Assembly: GCA_030606485.1 (NCBI GenBank)
Contig: JAUWGH010000012.1
Location: 18,602 to 50,601, forward strand
Length of the DNA stretch: 32,000 nt
Reading direction: 5' to 3'
From: Promethearchaeota archaeon
GTDB lineage: Archaea; Asgardarchaeota; Lokiarchaeia; Sigyniarchaeales; SOKP01
Shown here: positions 26,218-32,000 of the stretch, one piece after another
Layout of the letters: each line of letters opens with the position of its first letter
Position numbering within the stretch: the first letter of the stretch is position 1
The notes under the pieces: model-generated
Databases searched by the model: none
Told to the model about the DNA's origin: nothing
The model's input: the letters and a program-made list of their open reading frames with translations, nothing else
Translations under genes and position numbers: made by a program

Positions 26218-27465
26218 TTAAAATAAAATTCCAGGAATTTTCTGTGTGAATTCGAACACCTTTTGAAACCTTTCTTCTTTAGACCTCTTATAATAACGTA
26301 AAGGGTATAATTCATTTATAGTAAATTTATAAATTTCAACCCATTTTTTTGCCACTTCATTTATCCTATGCATATTTGCATATTTTTTACAATTTTTTCC
26401 AAACTCTGCTCTTAAATCATCATCAGTAAATAATTGAATAACTTTATTTTCAAATTCTTTCAAATTATTAACGAGAAATCCAGTTTTTTTATGTCTTATC
26501 ACATCTTTTATACCGCATCCGTTTGCACCTACTGAAGGAGTGCCTTGGGCCATAGATTCTAATAAAACTAAACCTTCTGCTTCAATCCAACTGTATAGAC
26601 ATGATACATCAGCTGTATTATAAATTTTTAATAATTCCAGGTCAGAAATGTATCCTGTTTGTGTTACATGCTCTTGTAATTTGTACCAATGAATTCTACG
26701 CTTAACTGATTGTACGGATGGTCCTGTTCCAACTATTAATAAATGAGAATCAGGGATTTTTTTATGAATTCTTTTAAACGCTTTTACTACTTTTTCAACA
26801 TTTTTTTCAGGAGATTGACGACATGCATAAACTAAAACTTTTTTATCACCGAGATTATATTTTTCTCTAATATCACTTCCATCAATTTTTTGAAAATAGA
26901 AATCATCAATACCATTTGTTAAGCTTATAATAGGATTTTTGAAAAATCTGTGTTCAAGTAGTAACTTCTTTTTTGAGGGGGTTGGAACAGAAATCAAATC
27001 AAATTTTTGCCAAATATGTCTCTCCCATGCCCATAGAAAACCAGTCTTTTTCATTATCTTCCCTGCTATAGGAATATAGGTATCGGAATAATATGCAAGA
27101 GGAGAATGATGAGTTCCAACCATTGGGATACCTAAATATTTCGACCAAATAAGTCCCATCACTCCAATAGTTACAGGAGTCATAATATGGCTTATGTCTA
27201 AAAATTCATGCTCAGGAAAAAAATAATTGTGGATCGGGAGTGAGAATATTATTTCTGGGTTTGTTCCTACCCTAAATCCACCAACATCATGAATAAATAG
27301 ATTTTTTGGTTTAGGTTCCCCATTTTGAATCTTTGGAGAAAAAATATGAACTCTGTGACCTGTTTTTGCTACAGCCTCGGCTAAACTTTTGACAGCTTTT
27401 GCAATCCCACTTATTTGGGAATACATCATACTGAAAAATCCAATATCAAGAATGTTTTTAGGCAT
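26218..27465 (-). CDS. GT4 glycosyltransferase, Mgs/UGDG-like, copy 2 (paralog of 23673..24920)
   Basis: Same length (415 aa), colinear, with long identical stretches such as FLDISHIMTPVTIGVMGL and QGTPSVGANGCGI. Confidence 0.88.
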   Translation of the reverse strand: MPKNILDIGFFSMMYSQISGIAKAVKSLAEAVAKTGHRVHIFSPKIQNGEPKPKNLFIHDVGGFRVGTNPEIIFSLPIHNYFFPEHEFLDISHIMTPVTIGVMGLIWSKYLGIPMVGTHHSPLAYYSDTYIPIAGKIMKKTGFLWAWERHIWQKFDLISVPTPSKKKLLLEHRFFKNPIISLTNGIDDFYFQKIDGSDIREKYNLGDKKVLVYACRQSPEKNVEKVVKAFKRIHKKIPDSHLLIVGTGPSVQSVKRRIHWYKLQEHVTQTGYISDLELLKIYNTADVSCLYSWIEAEGLVLLESMAQGTPSVGANGCGIKDVIRHKKTGFLVNNLKEFENKVIQLFTDDDLRAEFGKNCKKYANMHRINEVAKKWVEIYKFTINELYPLRYYKRSKEERFQKVFEFTQKIPGILF

Positions 27466-27758
27466 CTAAACTTGAACTCTATTATTTCCTAAAATTAGAA
27501 ATAAAATTATTAATAGTTTGATATATATTTAATTAGCTATTTTTTTATATAAATCCTTGTTTATTAAAAAAATTGATAGTTTTTAATAAATTTCGTTCCA
27601 TCATTCCAAAATATTAATGGAAATAGGGAATTCTAAAAGGAAAACATTTATTATTGATTTTCGTAATTGATTTTTTTTATTCATCGTATTTTTTTTAAAT
27701 ATTTTTTTTAAACAAATTTGATCAAAAAATTTTTTTACCATAAATTATTTTGTTTCCT

Positions 27759-27953
27759 ATGGATGAGGAACAAGAGAAGGTAATATTAGAAGAAATAAGA
27801 AGTATGAAATATCTTCCATACGCAATAGAGCTTATTTCCGTTGATGGAGATACTTATACCCTTCGTAATAATTGGGGCAACATAATTATATATATAAAGA
27901 AAGGGGATAAATATTTTCTGAAAGAGGAAGTAGAGATGGAAGAAAAAAAATAG
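27759..27953 (+). CDS. Small hypothetical protein
   Basis: MDEEQEKVILEEIRSMKYLPYAIELISVDGDTYTLRNNWGN...; start is ATG 27759 or TTG 27750; followed by a T10 tract. Confidence 0.65.
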   Translation: MDEEQEKVILEEIRSMKYLPYAIELISVDGDTYTLRNNWGNIIIYIKKGDKYFLKEEVEMEEKK

Positions 27954-27954
27954 A

Positions 27955-27964
27955 TTTTTTTTTT
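27955..27964 (+). terminator. Oligo-T terminator candidate
   Basis: T10 run 1 bp after the stop at 27953. Confidence 0.55.
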
Positions 27965-28101
27965 AGGAATATTTTTAGATTCCATATATTTTTACAATAT
28001 TATCTAAAAAAATGATCAATAAGAATTTATGTTAAAATAATTATTCTTTATTTAGAGAGATATTTCTTTATATAAATTTTTTATAAAAGGTTGTTCTTTA
28101 A

Positions 28102-29193
28102 TTGAGAAGAATTAGAAGGAATAGTGAACGGAGAACAGAATCTAAAGAGGGAGAAAAGTTTAGGGCTGTAGTAGATGATCGAACTTCAGTTACTATTATT
28201 AACCGACCAGAGAATACGAAATTAATAATAAGAATTGATCTATCAAATAATTATGATCTACAAATTGAAGCATCGGAAGCGCCGATTGTAAATAAATTTA
28301 TTGGGAATCCGGAGCCATATGAAGTATCTATGGCAGATGTTAAGATTTTGGTGGAAGAGATTTTTCCTATTAATGATTCAATTAAGAAAGTTTTTGGGGA
28401 TGAAAAAGATTTAGATTTGAATAAGATAAGACTCTCAGTCGGGGGGGAAAAAAATGATTATGTGTCTATCGAAGAATCTGATTTGACTATTAATAATGTT
28501 CATCCTACATTAAATGGTTTGATGGAATTTATACAAGAAAATCGTGAAAGTATTTTTGGATTTTTAAATAGAGAGTATATAAATGAGGAAGGAAACATTA
28601 TATATTTAAGTTGCCAAAAAAAGAACCTTTCCCCTAATATTTCATCAATTAAATTAAAATTATTATCAAGTATGCAACAGAGAGGATATTTTTTACAAGA
28701 AGAACATAAATACTATGGTATACAACTTTACGTTATAATTGAGGCAAAAAAATTTGATGACGAGTTATTATACCAATTCCTTCAAGAGCTTGGAATTAAT
28801 TGGGAGATGATATATTTCAGAAGGAAATTATCATTGTTCGATTGGACCGGTATAGAATGTGAAAGGAATTCAGATAATTTAAAAGGTTATATTCGAGCGA
28901 AATATGAAAACCTAAACTATTTTGATATAAATAATATTACTCGAATTGTTGTAAAAAACCAATTATCTTTCAAGGTTGCTGATAAAATTGCATCTCTTCT
29001 GTATGGAATAAAAAGAGAGAGAGCAAATCAATATGGAGATGAGGAATATTCTACTACTCTGAAAAAGGCAGAAATTGTCGCAGCAACCAAGCTTGCATGT
29101 GCTTATCTCGGAGTTAAGAAGGAAATAATAATTGATAAAGATATTTCTCTTTTTGATGTGCAAAAGTATGAGAAAGAACTCACAAATATTTAA
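28102..29193 (+). CDS. Hypothetical protein (weak ubiquitin-like and TFIIB/cyclin-repeat-like segments)
   Basis: 363 aa soluble ORF; start uncertain (TTG); domain hints are by eye only. Confidence 0.7.
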   Translation: MRRIRRNSERRTESKEGEKFRAVVDDRTSVTIINRPENTKLIIRIDLSNNYDLQIEASEAPIVNKFIGNPEPYEVSMADVKILVEEIFPINDSIKKVFGDEKDLDLNKIRLSVGGEKNDYVSIEESDLTINNVHPTLNGLMEFIQENRESIFGFLNREYINEEGNIIYLSCQKKNLSPNISSIKLKLLSSMQQRGYFLQEEHKYYGIQLYVIIEAKKFDDELLYQFLQELGINWEMIYFRRKLSLFDWTGIECERNSDNLKGYIRAKYENLNYFDINNITRIVVKNQLSFKVADKIASLLYGIKRERANQYGDEEYSTTLKKAEIVAATKLACAYLGVKKEIIIDKDISLFDVQKYEKELTNI

Positions 29194-29364
29194 TTTTTTT
29201 CTTCTAAGTCTATAATTATATCTCTTTTTTGTATAAATTCATCCTTCCAATTCATCCTTGGTCATAATAATCTTTTTAAAAGCAATTTTTACTCAAAACA
29301 AAAATCTATATAAAATAAAAAAACAAGGAACTAGCAAGATCTAAAGATTTCCGAGATTTTTAAT

Positions 29365-30465
29365 TTGAAACAAATAAAATTTGAAAATTATTATAATAAA
29401 GTTTTAGGCAGTTGGATTGGTAGAGCTGCGGGAGACCATGTTGGTGCTCCAATTGAGTTTAAACCTTATGATTTTATTATGCAACAATATGGAACAATAG
29501 ACTCTTATTTAAAACCGGTTGATGTTAATTATGTCAATGATGATGAAATGTATGAAATTTGTGCTCTTATTGCATTGGAAAAGCATGGAATTGATCTTTC
29601 TTCAAAAGATATTGCAAAAGAATGGGTTGATCGCCTATATAATCAAACTTTCACCGCAGAGAGAGTAGCTTTAAAAAATTTAAGAAAAGGAATAGAACCA
29701 CCCAAATCAGGAATTACAAAAAACATTTGGTATGATGCTATTGGAGCACAAATGAGAGCAGATATTTGGGGGCAAATATGTCCTGGTTGTCCAAGGATGG
29801 CTAAATATTATGCAGAAATTGATGGATCTATTTCACATGCCGGAATTGGCATTGATGGGGAAGTATATATAGCAATATTAATTTCTAATGCTTTTTTTGA
29901 AAAAGATATAAGAAAAAATATTCATAATTCAATAAAATTCCTTCCCTTGAGAGAAGAAAGTAGATATACAGATATGATTTTTAAAGCAATTGAATTATAT
30001 GATGAAAATCCAAATGATTTTCGTAAAGCAAGAGAGAAATTAATGGAATATTGGAATACTATAAGAGTAGAATTAGTACAAAAAGCTAACGTTAGAAGAA
30101 AGAGGGAATTCTTAAATCATGAGATATTATCAAGAGTTCATGTTTTACCTAATGCAGGCTTTATAATTTTATCATTATTGCATGGTGCCAATACAAAAGA
30201 AGATCCCCTTGGACGTTCAATTTGTATTGCAGCAATGCTTGGTTTGGACACAGATTGTAATTGTGGCAATGTAGGAGCGATTGTTGGGGCTCAAATTGGC
30301 GCAGAAATGATAAAATCGAAGTGGAGAGAGCCATTAAAAGATACTTTTAATACTTATGTTAAAGATTATGAACACTGGAAAATTTCAGAGTTGGCATCTA
30401 GAATTGCAAAAATTGGTAAGGAAATATGTGAAACCAAATGCAAGGATATTGTTAATATTATCTAA
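29365..30465 (+). CDS. ADP-ribosylglycohydrolase (DraG/ARH family)
   Basis: AAGDHVGAPIEF, NDDEMY, SISHAG, GLDTDCNCGNVGAIVGA. Confidence 0.9.
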   Translation: MKQIKFENYYNKVLGSWIGRAAGDHVGAPIEFKPYDFIMQQYGTIDSYLKPVDVNYVNDDEMYEICALIALEKHGIDLSSKDIAKEWVDRLYNQTFTAERVALKNLRKGIEPPKSGITKNIWYDAIGAQMRADIWGQICPGCPRMAKYYAEIDGSISHAGIGIDGEVYIAILISNAFFEKDIRKNIHNSIKFLPLREESRYTDMIFKAIELYDENPNDFRKAREKLMEYWNTIRVELVQKANVRRKREFLNHEILSRVHVLPNAGFIILSLLHGANTKEDPLGRSICIAAMLGLDTDCNCGNVGAIVGAQIGAEMIKSKWREPLKDTFNTYVKDYEHWKISELASRIAKIGKEICETKCKDIVNII

Positions 30466-30496
30466 TTTTAGTTTGTGTTATGTCTGATATAAACTA

Positions 30497-30505
30497 TTTT
30501 TTTTT
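30497..30505 (+). terminator. Oligo-T terminator candidate after the ARH gene
   Basis: T9 run 31 bp past the stop, in the convergent intergenic gap. Confidence 0.45.
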
Positions 30506-30541
30506 AAACTAAATCGATTTAGAATATGAGAATTATTTTTC

Positions 30542-32000
30542 TTATTCTTGATTTTTTTGATCTAAATTTTTTGGAATGGTAAAAACAAAAGTTGAGCCTT
30601 TTCCTACTTCGCTTGTGAAATCTATTGTTCCTCCGTGCATATATACTAATTTTCTAGTTATTGGTAATCCTAGCCCACTTCCCAAAATAGAAATAACTTC
30701 TGGTGATTCTACTCTCTTAAATTCCTTAAAGATGATATTAAAATCTTCCTTCGTAATCCCTATACCTGTATCAATCACTTGAAATTCCCACTGATCTTCT
30801 TTCTCCAAAATTTTAAGTGTTATTTTTCCCTTTTTAGTGAATTTTATGGCATTAGTTAATAAGTTATAAAATATTTCCTTTAACCTTATTGGATCTGCAT
30901 AGATATATTTATCCGTATCTAACCCAATAATTTCAAATTTTAATTTTTTCTTTTCATACATGGGTTGAATTGATGACTTTATTTGAGCAATATGACTTTT
31001 TAAGTGAATTTCTTGGAATCTTAAAATTAATTCGCCCGCTTCAATTCTTGAAATATCTAATATCTGATCAATCATATGTAACAAGTGTTCTCCAGAAGAT
31101 TTAATATCCTTTAGAAAATCGAATTGATCTTCATTTACTGGTCCATAAGAACTCTCAAGAAGTAAATCAGTAAATCCAATAATTGCATTTAGAGGAGTTC
31201 TTAACTCATGAGACATTGAACCCATAAATTCTGTCTTAAATTGTGAGGCTTTTAAGATCTGATCAAGATAAAGCTTCTGTTGGTCCACTGTTTCTTGCAA
31301 TTCCTTAGTTTTTATTTTCACCTCATTTTTCAATTGCTCAGTAAATTTCTCTCTTAATACTTCTGTTCTTTTTCTTTCTGTAATATCACGGGTTAGACTG
31401 TAAAAACCTATTTTTTTTCCATTAGAATCTAATTTTATATTACAAGTACCTTCATAGATTAGTTTCTCCCCATCATATCTAATATCTTCAATCTCAAATC
31501 TTGCACTAGGAACTTCTTCTCTATAAACTTGATTGAAGATCTCGAATAACATTTTTATATATTTCTTATCTACAAAATCTGCATAATTTTTTCCTATCAT
31601 TTCATCTTTTGGAACGCCATAGAAATTACTATGATATTCATTTACAAAAGTATAATTACCCTTCAGATCAAGTTCAAAATATCCTTCTTCTATATTTTCG
31701 AGAATAGAGCGGTATTTTTTTTCGGATTCTTTTAATTTTTGTTCTACCTTCTTGCGCTCGGTAATATCTCTTGAAATTGTTAATGCTTTAGTTTCTCCGT
31801 TAGAATCGATATAAGTTTTTCCTTTAGTTTCAATCCATACATAGTGCCCGTCCTTATGTTTAAGTCGTAATTCTGCTATTCCTTCTCCATACTTAAAGCC
31901 ATTTCTTAAAGCTTTCATGCCTTGTTTAATATCATCTGGATGTATTAAATCTAATCGGGTTTTTCCCAACATATCATCGTTAGAATAACCTAGAATTTTC
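30542..32000 (-). CDS. PAS-domain sensor histidine kinase, 5'-truncated by the window edge
   Basis: Two PAS/PAC repeats; H-box MSHELRTPLNAIIGF; NLLTNAIKFT; DTGIGI; GSGLGLPI; GKGSTF. The frame stays open past ATG 31972 (...KILGYSNDDMLGK) to base 32000. Confidence 0.95.
   Translation of the reverse strand, partial: KILGYSNDDMLGKTRLDLIHPDDIKQGMKALRNGFKYGEGIAELRLKHKDGHYVWIETKGKTYIDSNGETKALTISRDITERKKVEQKLKESEKKYRSILENIEEGYFELDLKGNYTFVNEYHSNFYGVPKDEMIGKNYADFVDKKYIKMLFEIFNQVYREEVPSARFEIEDIRYDGEKLIYEGTCNIKLDSNGKKIGFYSLTRDITERKRTEVLREKFTEQLKNEVKIKTKELQETVDQQKLYLDQILKASQFKTEFMGSMSHELRTPLNAIIGFTDLLLESSYGPVNEDQFDFLKDIKSSGEHLLHMIDQILDISRIEAGELILRFQEIHLKSHIAQIKSSIQPMYEKKKLKFEIIGLDTDKYIYADPIRLKEIFYNLLTNAIKFTKKGKITLKILEKEDQWEFQVIDTGIGITKEDFNIIFKEFKRVESPEVISILGSGLGLPITRKLVYMHGGTIDFTSEVGKGSTFVFTIPKNLDQKNQE

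Noticed and set aside
22394-30782. ORFs 22394..22606 (+), 28963..29163 (-) and 30576..30782 (+)
   Set aside because: Antisense shadows of presenilin, the 363-aa ORF and the kinase.
1-32000. CRISPR arrays, IS elements, integrases, tRNA and rRNA genes
   Set aside because: No regular repeat-spacer array, transposase or integrase motif, or GC-rich structured RNA region was seen. Intergenic palindromes such as TAATTTAAATTA near 1858 are expected by chance at this AT content.

Overview
Low-GC (about 27-30% by eye, not computed), gene-dense chromosomal window that reads as an Asgard archaeon, most likely Lokiarchaeia. Support: a Rab-like small GTPase, an NPRL2/uDENN-like longin protein, a eukaryote-like presenilin, an XPD helicase, a DinB with a C-terminal PCNA-interacting motif, archaeal GGTG/GGAGG ribosome-binding sites and oligo-T terminators. 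About 29 CDSs, two cut by the window edges. I saw no rRNA, tRNA, CRISPR array or mobile element. Best leads: (1) a coiled-coil + Pro-enriched + WH2-like protein (17844..18635) that may be a stand-alone Asgard actin regulator; (2) an XPD gene whose reading frame runs about 107 codons upstream of the first ATG, with an ATC codon where the start should be; (3) a presenilin heading a same-strand run with a ferredoxin-nitroreductase, an SCP2 lipid-binding protein and a VAO-type flavoprotein; (4) an mgs-dgs-mgs-like glycolipid glycosyltransferase triplet; (5) a degenerate FrhB-like protein. All family calls come from motif recognition by eye; no database searches were run.
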